Origin: Bugula neritina
Taxonomy: Eukaryota > Animalia > Bryozoa
Length of the DNA stretch: 64,000 nt
NCBI GenBank assembly: GCA_964035545.1
Contig: OZ037766.1
Location: 17,757,081 to 17,821,080, forward strand
Reading direction: 5' to 3'
A program made the position numbers and the translations under genes. Positions 54,101-64,000 of this stretch are shown here, piece by piece. The notes below the pieces were generated by a model, which saw only the letters and a list, made by a program, of their open reading frames with translations, was not told where the DNA came from and made no database searches. How positions within the stretch are numbered: the stretch's first letter is position 1; every line of letters starts with the position of its first letter.

Positions 54101-57100
54101 TCAAAAAAACTCCCAATCCTATCATTCCACTGTTCAGTGTCTGTGCTTCCTTCTCAACTTGAAGAAATGCATCCCTTTCAGGTTCCTAAAAGTATCCTGA
54201 GAGCTCAGCTTTTTTAAAGCAATTAATTATGCACAGTTTCTCTCAGTTTCTACGATTCAAAGGAGTAAAATTATACCAAAAGAGGCCCAAAAGTCAGCCC
54301 ATCTAGTAAAGTAAACTATATGGAAAAAAACGGATTCAAGTGGAGGAGGCCATTACCAAGAAAGTTGCTACAGTAGAAAGTATAGAGGGAGAGGCACTCC
54401 ACCTGGAAGCAACAAATGCTTGTATAAAGCCTAATAATCAAAGATTTGAACATATTAATATGTTTCTTGAATAAGAAGGTGAAAGTTTTTTTGGGACAAA
54501 AGAAAGTCTAGTTACTGACATTGGCATCAGAAAGCTGGACCATTCATAAGACATTCGCAGAATTTGGAATAAACAATTACCTTGCATGACAAGCCAGAAG
54601 ACTGCAGAAGGATTTTTGTCTGAATCAGATACTAAAATTGGAAGACCATTGTTTTCAGTTATGAAAAAGAGAGTTGCAAGTTTTTTCAGGATGATGAACA
54701 TTAGACATGGCATGGGGCCAATTACTTGATTATTTAACCAGTACTGACCAAATTAAGGTGAGGTGAAAACCATTCTGCTATATTTAAGCACATCTATTTC
54801 AAAAGCCACAATTATTTTCGGGGTGTATTAAACACAGCCCCCCCCCTCATCAAATTAATTAGGCCTATTGTGTTCAGGGCCATAGTGTTATATTATTTGG
54901 GTATGTTTTTGAAGCTGCTCTTGTCTCAGCTACTCAATGTACTAGCTTGATTTTATCAAGATTTTAGCTGTTTCACACCATTCACTCACACAAATAACAA
55001 TTGCTACCTGAAACTTAATGGGAGTATCAAATAATGCCAAACGGCAGAACTTTTTTCCAATATTACACACAAATCAGATTTCATTGTACTAACTTTTAGT
55101 AGATTTGACATAAATTTGTATATAGGAAGCATATATGTATCTACTTGATATTTTGACCAATATGAATAATAAAAAATGTGTGATCCCAACATATTACATT
55201 GAAAAATTGCATTTTGTCGATTTTCGTACGAATACCATTTTTCCGTGCAATTTACGTTAAGTTTGGACAATATAAGGACCTTTAAACTTATGAATCTACA
55301 AAATATACACTAAATAAACTTACAGAAAATGTTTGTTTGAAAGATTTTATTGTATTCAGACTTTGGATTACACCTTTGTGAAATTGAGCAAATTTTCACA
55401 TTTTCTTTACTTTGGGTGTCTATATCTCGGAAAATATTATTTTCAAAATTACACAAACTGACTAGTATAAAGTCACTATAATCAACTATTTATGGATAAA
55501 AATGTGTAGAAGTAAAAAAAAATAAATGTCTTATGATGTGGCGGATATTCGAAATTTTTCAAAATTTACAAAAATTTGTCAATATTAAATGGCTTAGCAT
55601 ATATGCACGCAAAAAATTCTGTAGTATGTGTTACTACTAGTGAAAATTAATAGGTGTTATCAAACCACACAGCTAATTCTATGGTTCATTCTAGAAAAAT
55701 GATTGAGATATGAACATTTATAAATTGGTCTAAAAGAAAAAATCACAAATTTTCCTCAAAGTTTTTCTCAACCTTTGTTTACGGAAGTAGTCATTTCTCA
55801 AAAAACTTTTGTGTCAGGCCAGAAATATACCCAAAGAATAGTACTCAGGACATGCGTAGGTCCATTTGGTGTAAATATGACTAAAATCTGAAATGAACAG
55901 GCGTGGGACTTTCTGAAATTTGGTTGATTTGACACGGAATGACCCAGAAAAAACTTGAACTACATTGTGAGCTAAATTTATGATATTCTTAGTGAGAAAG
56001 CATTTAACTATCTTGTGTGGGTTGCGTCTCTTGGAGTCGGCAGAGCTTCCTGACATTCTGGTACACACTGGGGCTAATACGGAGGGCGTTGACAGCATCT
56101 GATTAGGTTTCAGACAGCAGATGGTCATGCCCCCAGGCTATGATTGCTGGCGTCTGTGTCCAAAATGTACTCCTTGGCTGAATCTGAATATGCCAAGATG
56201 GGCGCTTCTACCAGCCAGTCCTTGAGGTGGTCGAATGCCTGCTGCTCCTCCTGTGCTTACTGCTACCTGACTTACCCCTTTGTGGCTAGTTGATTTAATA
56301 GCTGTGCCACACCTGAAAACTTGGATATGTACTGCCTGTAGTACTCTACCGCAGCTCATAGAGGTCTTGGGAGCAGTCCACTCTTCTACAGCCTGTACTT
56401 TTTCTGGATCTGTTGCAACACCATCTCAGATACTTGATCTTCTGTTGTAAGAGTGCACACTAAAAAGTTTCAACTTCAGTCCTGCTGCCTGGAGGTAGTC
56501 AAAGACCTTCCCCAGATGACTGACACTAGACGCAAAGTCTGGGGAGATGTAAAATACACCGTCAAAAAATGAACAGTGTATTCCAGTGTAGCCCACTGAG
56601 GGCCTGATCTATGAGTCGTTAGAAAGTTGCTGAGGCAGACGTTAGTCCAGATGGCAGTACTTTCCTCTTCCGGAGACTATCACGGGTAATGAATGCTGCT
56701 TTATCCTGGGCATCAAAACTGAGGGATACTTGCCATTTCCAATTGAAGTACTTGCATCCTGCGAGAACATTCAGTGACTTGTCTATCCGAGGGAGGGGTA
56801 TGCATCTTTGATGATAACACTGTTGAGCTTTTGGCAGTCTATGCAGAACTTACAACTACCATCTGTCTTCTTGACCAAAACTACTGGTGAGCTTCACGCA
56901 CAGTGGGCTGGCTTAATTAGGTCCCAGTTAGGAAGGTCTTGCACTTGCCAGATAACCTTTTTCTTTTTCTCCGGGCGTAGTCATTGGTTAGGGTGCTGAT
57001 AAAGATGGTATCGGACGCCAGAAGCAACTTGTGGCAAACGGCTTTTGTCAGCCTTATGTCATTGTCTCTGCAACTGAATACATCACCCCATTTTAAGAGT

Positions 57101-60014
57101 AGTTGAGCCAGTTTCTATCGTTTTCAATTACCTCCACAGCTTCTACAGACACCCTGGTACAGGTCAGCCACATGTTTTAGAACACCTCCCGTCTAGTTTG
57201 AGGATGTCTCCAGTGCTGCAGTCCCACATCTTCTTATTTGATAGAATGGTAGTTACCCATCAACACACCAGTGGGCAGCTTGAGGGGCTTTATGAATGGG
57301 GTTGATACATTGCACAAAGAGTTCCCCCTACAATCTAGCCGGTTTTGGCTGTTTGCCAAACATATATATAATAAACTAGTTTTAATCATTTTAAAATATG
57401 TTACTGGTATAGACAAACGCTAGATGATACAACTTTTAATTTATTTCCAAAGGTTGAAGAGGTTTTGTGGCTAACTGGGTAAACAGAACAATCTAGAGTT
57501 TTTACAGAAAGCGATTATCTGTAGAAAATTTTATGTGCATATATATCAAATAAATTAGCTTTAACAATTCTAAGATATTTAATCAACTTAGACAAAAGTT
57601 AAAAAAAAGCAGCTTATATTTTTTTCCAAATTTGAAGAGCCTTTGTGGCTAACTGGGTGCACAACACAATGTAGAGTTTTTACAGATTAATTAGGACCGT
57701 TAAAACTTCCAATTTATAAAGCAATCGTGCGGCCTACCCTCAGAATGTAATGAGTGAAAGATAACTGGAGGTTGCTTCTACACTGCAACTTAAACTTTAC
57801 AATCAAAAATTTTGCGATAGATGACCTGAAAAGAATATACTCAGTGTTGACAAACAATCATGCATACCCATCGATATTCACATGACAATCAAGTGACAAT
57901 ATAGTAACTAATTACTGTACTAGAATCGCTGTATTCTTTTGCCCCCATTCTTTTATTTATGTTTTCTGTAATACAAACCATTGTGCTGTTTCTTTTATTC
58001 AAAGAAATATTTCATTAACAATTAATTAAACCAGTTAATCAGTTTGCAGCACTAACGTACTTCATAGTTAATACTTTACACAATGGCCATACATGCAACA
58101 CTATAAAAATATGTTGTACTATTTTACAGCTATAAGCCTAGGGCCACATTGTGCGTATTTTCGCAAGCGAAAATTGAAATCACAAGTAGCAAAGGTGTCC
58201 ACTGTGCGCGTTGAGAAAACCTTCGCACTCGTCTCTCTGCATTCTCAACGCAAGTGCGAATCGTCTCTGTCGTCGTCACCTAATCGGCTGGTAGTTATTC
58301 AGCGAGCCCAATTTCTTTATTTTAGTGCTACATTCCAGTAAATTGCGTTTTATTGAAAGCGAGTGCGATTTAAAAATGAAAGCTTTATTTATCACGCATC
58401 ACTGACGCTACAGTGGACGCCTTTGCTACTTGTGGTTTCAATTTTCGCATGCGAAAATACGCGCCGTGTGGCCCTAGGCTAAACCTTAATATAGTGGACA
58501 TACACTGCATTATTACACGTTTTTCCTTGCAGATCTGAAAATAACAACAGCACAGCCTACAGAAACATCAACTGCTAGGCTGGAGTCATCTATTACAACT
58601 ACTACAAGCGAACCTACAACAACAGCCATTATACCATCCCTCACTGCATACTTGGGAACTACCAGCCAAAATACATTTGCTATTACAAACAATAAGAGTC
58701 TTACAACCATGCTACAAAACAGTGCAGTAGCAAAGACATCGCAATTATCCAGCAAACACCCTAAAGCAGGCTTCCTGGTTTCCAGGTAATTTATTTTGAC
58801 CTAAATGTTAATGTTTATTTATTCGATTTTGGAACAATATTAGACTGCAACTTGGATAATTTTTTGTGTACAAAAACGCACCTATGCAATAAAAGCAAAG
58901 AATTTTATTATGATACCTGATCACAGATTTATTTAAATTATAAATTCATCTTTTAGTTTAGAAAACGTCTGTTAAGGCAAACTGCTGAATATGTAAAATA
59001 GGCTCAAATCTAACGAGCTAACAAGTTAATAAAAGTTGCAACAACCAACCTCAGTCATTTTTTTTCAGAAAAGCTACATATGTACCCAATTACTATAATT
59101 GATCAGGAATGCATCTTTGTAAATTTATTATAGCCACAACAAGCAAATCTAAAAGTGTTACTGATGCAAGACTGTATTTAAAAACATATGAAAAGAACGA
59201 TGAAAACATAATCACCTTCAATAATACATAGATACTCACGCAAACATCAATTGGTATCAAGCTGCACTTTTAGTCATGCCTACTTGTAAAATCGCATAAA
59301 AAGTTAGAAAAGTAATTTTAACTGTTTTCGGTAGGCAGAATAAAGCTATTTTACATATAGCCCTCAGATTAAAAACACCCAACAATTAAACGGACCACTA
59401 GGCCTTAACAACAGATACAAGTAAAAAAAAATATTTCTAATAATGTAGTACACAATAAAATAATTAGTGGGCTAACAAATTAACTGCTAAAATTGCTACT
59501 AGTAAAAAGTTGTATCGTTTTGATGTCGTGCTATTAGTTTTACTATATATTTGATAATTTTAGTTTTATATTCTATGTTCTATAAAACCTCTATAAAAAT
59601 TATCTAAGTTTTTATGATGGCTCAATTCTAAAGTGTGGATAAAAGAATGCTATGGTAATTAAAGCTGGTATTTGATTAAAAACAATCTAAAACTAAATGT
59701 TTCTTACTTTATAGAACAGGGTTATAATTTGCATTACTAACATTAATCTTTGCTTGGTTATGAAGAGTATACCAACAGTGACCTGGTTAAATTCCATGAT
59801 TTACAGAGATGATGAAAAAAAGTCTACAGAAGGTATGAATGTGATGGGATTGGGAATTGGAGTTGCTGCAGCAGTTATTGTAGTAGTTATTGCTGTTGCT
59901 GCTATTGTGTACCATGTAAAAAGACAAAAAAATCGAGAGAAGAGTATGCCAAATTTCGACAGGCGACGATCAACTGTCTCTCCAACCCCAGTAACAGAAG
60001 CATGGAAAAATTAA
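39135..60014 (+). CDS. Type I membrane protein, about 628 aa: signal peptide - MAM[ShKT insert] - Thr-rich linker - MAM[ShKT insert] - Ser/Thr stalk - TM - short tail; exons 39135-39183, 39813-39971, 40330-40467, 40973-41113, 42098-42225, 42714-42789, 44173-44292, 44871-45011, 45105-45242, 45603-45728, 46280-46413, 50274-50349, 58533-58785, 59807-60014
   Basis: Two MAM motif sets (CDFE...C.W; TGP..DASG; LTSP...C.L.F.Y; IAVDNI.F.GC), hydrophobic start MHTSTICFSVAILWIGG, TM segment GLGIGVAAAVIVVVIAVAAIVY followed by KRQK. Fourteen GT-AG exons join in frame (1887 nt). Confidence 0.88.
40973..41113 (+). CDS. ShKT-like six-cysteine exon 1, inside MAM repeat 1 (phase 1-1)
   Basis: FCINQKGDSICQRLNTPQNRATMCVPGHQFYQYMKTNCAKVCSIQC; spacing C-x8-C-x12-C-x13-C-x3-C-x3-C; tacag acceptor and gtaagt donor. 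Confidence 0.82.
45603..45728 (+). CDS. ShKT-like six-cysteine exon 2, inside MAM repeat 2 (phase 1-1)
   Basis: NCKNDQGDSACKAWEQTRETTCVNFASYMKRNCAKVCGFNC; spacing C-x8-C-x10-C-x10-C-x3-C-x3-C; tttag acceptor and gtaagt donor. Not present in the ORF track. Confidence 0.82.
46790..48410. repeat. Diverged inverted repeat pair (about 46790-47120 / 48045-48410) in MAM-gene intron 11
   Basis: ttatttactatcctatggctattataac..agtacttgctct..tattctgaagcaccag vs ctggtgcttcagaata..agagcaagtact..gttataatagccata..tagtaaataatga. Confidence 0.7.
48476..50178 (+). mobile_element. pogo-like family deletion derivative (same family as 30936-33983) with an internal insert
   Basis: Starts aggggagagtggagctagttgag and ends ggttcaactagagctccatcatcacc; homologous in reverse to about 32740-33983. 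Confidence 0.65.
50600..51860 (-). mobile_element. Degenerate Ty3/Gypsy retrotransposon, integrase portion
   Basis: VDVFRPMPLSARRNTYILVITDH...LPEQIYIDQGAQF (integrase core) and HPKFVGPYYVVE (GPY/F motif), with many disablements. Confidence 0.88.
52489..55945. mobile_element. 3.4-kb imperfect palindrome of two divergent DNA-transposon 3' halves (GGGTCATT termini; Sola-like, tentative) nested in the Gypsy element
   Basis: gggtcatt at 52489 and aatgaccc ending at 55945; arms about 52489-53985 vs 54400-55945. Both arms carry a decayed EKVQLLTLA...FFQDDE transposase-like reading pointing outward. Confidence 0.7.
56000..57330 (-). mobile_element. Degenerate Ty3/Gypsy retrotransposon, RT/RNase H portion
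   Basis: [41 protein letters not shown] and GVATDPEKVQAVEEWTAPK; same strand as, and upstream of, the integrase part. Confidence 0.9.
58136..58479. mobile_element. PIF/Harbinger (Tourist-like) MITE, TAA TSD, about 70-bp TIRs
   Basis: TAA|gcctagggccac...gtggccctaggc|TAA; TIRs have few mismatches; CpG-rich relative to the flanks. Confidence 0.88.
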
Positions 60015-61024
60015 TTGACTTTAAGAATTATATTCAAAGATATCAACATAGACAAACTAATTCAACTTTATTGTAAGCATTATAGTAGTATTTTTTCTAG
60101 TATTCTCTGATAGCTTTTTATTACCCAATTTATGCCTTTATCTGTCAAAAAATTTAAAAAACAAAATGGATTGAATTGTTCAAGTATGTAATCAATTTTG
60201 TATTTTCACTATGTTTATAGTAACTATTAGATTTGCTTTGAATAAATAACTAGGCACAGCAAAATTAATGTAAATCTATAGAGAACAGTAAAACTAAAAC
60301 AAACTGACATATTAGAGATGTTCACCCTAATCATAAAATCCTCTGACATCAGTTACAAATCTTTAGTGCGTACATAAATTTACTACCGTAGATTTCATAA
60401 GAAACTGATGCTTGAAACATGTGAACACTTTATAGTAGTGCGAAAAAAAAGAGGAGCATTTGTCAGTCAGAAATTTGTTTTGAAGGCTTGCTAATTATCA
60501 AAGTCCAAGCCTGAATCTTTACAAGTAGCGTAATTGCAGACATAAAATATAATTATATAAGTATTGAGCGTAACATGACTAGCGCAGCTATACTCCATGA
60601 CTCAATGTGCTAAAGCATTTCATTTTACTTGTATATAAGTGAGACGCCTTAGCTTAGTTGGTTCATCTTTTGGCCCATCTATGGCAATGAATCTCATAAA
60701 TGGTGCCCCCCAGTCACAGTCGTTAACAAGGGGAGGGGGGAGTAAATTGATCATTTAGGACTGGGAACATAATCAGTATTTACAATTAGCCAACGAAAAG
60801 AAGTAGTGCACATGATGATAGCAAGAGTATGCACTGTTACGCGCAAAGTAAAAATAGAATGAACAGTTTAACTGAGTATACACAGTTACTGAATACTAAC
60901 AAAATTATAAACAAAGGGCTACAGGCTAAGCCAAGGAGAAAACAATGCAAGGTTAAAATCTATCGTGCACGTACGCACACAAAAACACACACACTTTATA
61001 TACATGTATATATATATATATATA

Positions 61025-62604
61025 ATAGTCATAGCGTGAGTTTTTTTAAAAAACAGCAGATGTAAAATTGCTCAAATTATTATGTGTATAATAATGAGCA
61101 ATTATATTATTAAAGAAAAGAGCAATTTAATTATATGTTTTATTGCGCTACTAATAGTTTCACGCCTCTTCGGCACTCCTCAGGCACAATATTGGTGGAT
61201 TTAAATTTTTACTTTAAAAAAATCAACATGCTAAACATAACGTAAAACGTAATGCAAACACAGCAGTGGTTTTGTTGTTATATAGGTTTGTAAGTGTAAT
61301 TAAATATATAAAATAAACACATAATGTAAAAACACAATTTATAGCAGATGCATGAAGTTGTTGTTGAGTGATTATACTTTATAGGTATTTGGATATTATT
61401 TACTATAGTACATAAAATATAAATGGGCTACAGAGTTTCTAGGTTTTGTGGTTGCGCAGTAAAAATTTTTTTGAGTGTTGGCAGGTTGATAAAAGTTCGT
61501 TTCGCTTGTTTAAAGTACACATGTTGGGTTTGTATAAAATAAAAAAACATTCCCATAGGCATAAATTACACCTTTTGGTAATTGTGTTGTATGGTTTAGC
61601 TTTCTTTAATATTTTACAACCTAAATTATGTTTAATGTTTTTGTTAGTTAGTTGCCAAATGTATTTGCTAAGTTCTGTTTGATTTGCTTTTTCCTTGTTT
61701 TTGAATGATGATTTGTGGCTTGCGTATCTTATAAGTTTGAACGGTCCTTCACTTAGGCCAATGTGTGTTGCAGGTGCGTTTTCGGTGGTTTCTACAGTTG
61801 CTTAGTATATTACCCTGCTCTCCTGACAGTTTCCTTTCAGTGGACAATTTTCTTTTTTTCTGCAGTTGCAGTTTTTTCTGGGGGTTTTGTTTTGTTGCTT
61901 TTGTTTCTCTAAAATTATGTTATTGTGGGCATTTATGGTCTGTTTTATGTTTGGCATGCAGCTGTAGCTAACTTTTATATTGTTGTTGTTGATTGGGTGT
62001 TGTTTCAGAAATTCCTCAATCATGATTTTAAAGAAGTCTTTTGCAAATTTTGTGGTTACATGTTGGCTGTATGGTGGATTGTACCAAACAACTTTTCTTT
62101 TTTGGTTTCGGGATTTCTGTTGTGTGTTGTCTGTTTGTGTTCTTGGTAGGAATTGTAGTTGGTGTTTATAGCTACTTTGGTTTAGGAGGTTTTGGTGGTT
62201 GTAGGTGGATTGTGTGAAAATCGTCTCATTAGATGATATTTACAACAGTCGTTTGTTAACAGACAAGGGTAGGTTGGAGATTATGCTTGGTGGGTGGTTG
62301 GATTTGCTATGAGTATATTTAGTAGAACTGTTTGGCTTAGTGTATATGGTGTGTAGGTTTTGTTGTTTAGGTTGAGCGTGGTGTCTAAGAAGTTGATAAT
62401 TTCTTTATTTGCTTCGATTGTTATTTTTATTCCATTTTTATAAAATATTTTGCAGACATCCTTTTTTATGTTCTCTATTTTTTTTGGTGTTTTGGCGGAG
62501 ACTCCTAAGGCTTTATCCCTGTACAGGCCGAAGCTTTTGCCATGCTTTTGTGTTATTAGGTTTAAAATGTACGCCCCAACTAGCTCGCATGTTTCAGCCC
62601 CGTA

Positions 62605-62672
<68 letters not shown>

Positions 62673-62737
62673 AAGTCATAGCGCTAGTTTTAAAAAAAAC
62701 AGCAGATAAAAAAGTGCTCAAATTATTATGTGTATAA
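61025..62737 (-). mobile_element. Penelope-like (Naiad-type) retroelement, 5'-truncated, partial tandem split by (TA)n at 62607-62663
   Basis: RT fragment [14 protein letters not shown]...[13 protein letters not shown], linker NCNCRKKENCPLKGNC, GIY-YIG VIY...IGLSEGPFK, CNLCLWE, stop at 61439-61441. The same 3' tail occurs at 61025, 62671 and 37415, each abutting (TA)n. Confidence 0.9.
61141..61191 (-). ncRNA. Minimal type I hammerhead ribozyme with intact catalytic core
   Basis: Reverse complement tattgtgc-CTGAGGA-gtgcc(gaaga)ggcgt-GAAA-ctattag-TA-gcgcaata: CUGANGA and GAAA boxes, stems I and II, very short stem III, GUA cleavage triplet. Confidence 0.78.
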
Positions 62738-63199
62738 GGGTTGAAGAATAAATTATTTAAGAATATGATGACATGTAATGCAACTAGAATTATTTTTATT
62801 ATCTACATTTTTCCACTGTAACGAAATGTTTATGTTTCCTGGTTTTTACCTATTTATTCTGCATATTTTTTACACGTACTTACCACGGTAAATATTATAG
62901 TTATCCCACTTGACGCATTACTTATGGCTATTTTTTAAATACTGTGGTTATAGCTAAGTTTATGTTGTGCAACTTTTTTATCGTAAACACTATAGCTATT
63001 GTTAAGCTTTTAGAGTAGTCAATAGTTTATCCCTTTCCCATCTTTACAAATTACAATGTTGTGCACTTGTTTTGGTTCAGTTTTGCTGATGTAAGATAAG
63101 GTCCATTTCGAGCTTCAGGCACCTGAAGACTGGAGCTCAGACTGAAGAGGATCAAGTAAAGCAATAAAGAATTACACTACCAACACTCGATCATAGATA

Positions 63200-63600
63200 G
63201 TACCATTGAATTTCCAACATTCTAACATTCCAGCAAAATAATATGACAGGGCTCTGTCTAACACTTTCAACAATTATCCAAAAGTGTTGATATATAACAT
63301 AATGTGGAGAAATTGAAAGTGTTGTATAGTAAATTCTTATATGTGATTTCCAATATCTCCATTACTACACCTACCTCCTTTATTTGGATTCATTTGCGTT
63401 ATGAGTTTTAACAGCTAGTTTCATTAACATGCTAAAGTTCAAAAGCCTCATCAGTGCTGTTACTAATTTACTAATTTCATTGTTCATAAAATTTAGAAGC
63501 TAGGTGCTTTTCAATATTACTAAAGTAAAAGTTAAATTCTTCAGCTATTTCTGTATCGCTCAAGGCTACCCAAGATGGATAGTCTTGATAGCATATTGTA
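63200..63600 (-). mobile_element. Heavily decayed, internally deleted CR1/L2-like LINE fragment
   Basis: Minus strand reads DTEIAEEFNFYFSNIEKHLASKF (typical endonuclease-RT linker); a downstream gccctgtca resembles the 3' UTR motif at 37199. Confidence 0.5.
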
Positions 63601-64000
63601 AGGGATTTTAGTTATGTTATTATCGAAAAGATAACTCCTCGTGGCTTACTCTCTATACGCTTGGCATAATGGCTATAAGTATTAAAGATCAATTATCATA
63701 ATAGCTGACAATTGGAATGCGTACAATCTCTCTTGTACTTGGCTGGACAATTATTGCTAGCTACTATTGCACGCAGTTAAACAAGGCAGGACTAGTTAAA
63801 TAGAATCAACAACTGTACGCAGAATAGCCAGTTAGCTCAATAGGAGGTGTAGATGGTTTGCACTGACAGTTAGCGTGCTTAGTAGAAGATGCTAGCGTTA
63901 TGCTTATGGTTATGGAATTAATTAGCATCGGCAGGGACGACTCAGCGTTGACTGTTATCCGACAGTATTTTACAGTCGACAGTGGCACCACTAACGCTAG

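Noticed and set aside
50500-57360. LTRs and TSD for the Gypsy element
   Set aside because: No matching direct terminal repeats could be identified.
61439-62606. Selenocysteine recoding in the Naiad-type ORF
   Set aside because: The conserved CNC, CPL and CNLC cysteines are TGT/TGC, not TGA; the disablements look like ordinary decay.

Overview
AT-rich, intron-rich invertebrate (metazoan) genomic DNA; nothing here is prokaryotic. Four spliced genes were reconstructed by hand from GT-AG junctions with consistent intron phases: (1) the 3' part of a Disabled/Dab PTB endocytic adaptor (+, 99-7245); (2) a complete six-exon calreticulin ending in HDEL (-, 13482-8544), with a perfect ERSE in its promoter; (3) a C19orf44/DUF4614-like gene (+, 17205-34274) divergent from calreticulin, mirroring my recollection of the human CALR3-C19orf44 head-to-head pair; (4) a 14-exon type I membrane protein (+, 39135-60014) with two MAM domains, each interrupted internally by a six-cysteine ShKT-like exon. 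Gene 4 is the most unusual element. Introns and intergenic DNA are full of transposon relics: long inverted-repeat/foldback DNA elements (one with 664-bp indel-free arms), MITEs, a split Gypsy element, CR1/L2-like LINEs, and (TA)n-associated Penelope-like (Naiad-type) elements carrying minimal type I hammerhead ribozyme motifs. All homology calls come from recognising motifs from memory; no database search was run, and percent identities are by-eye estimates.
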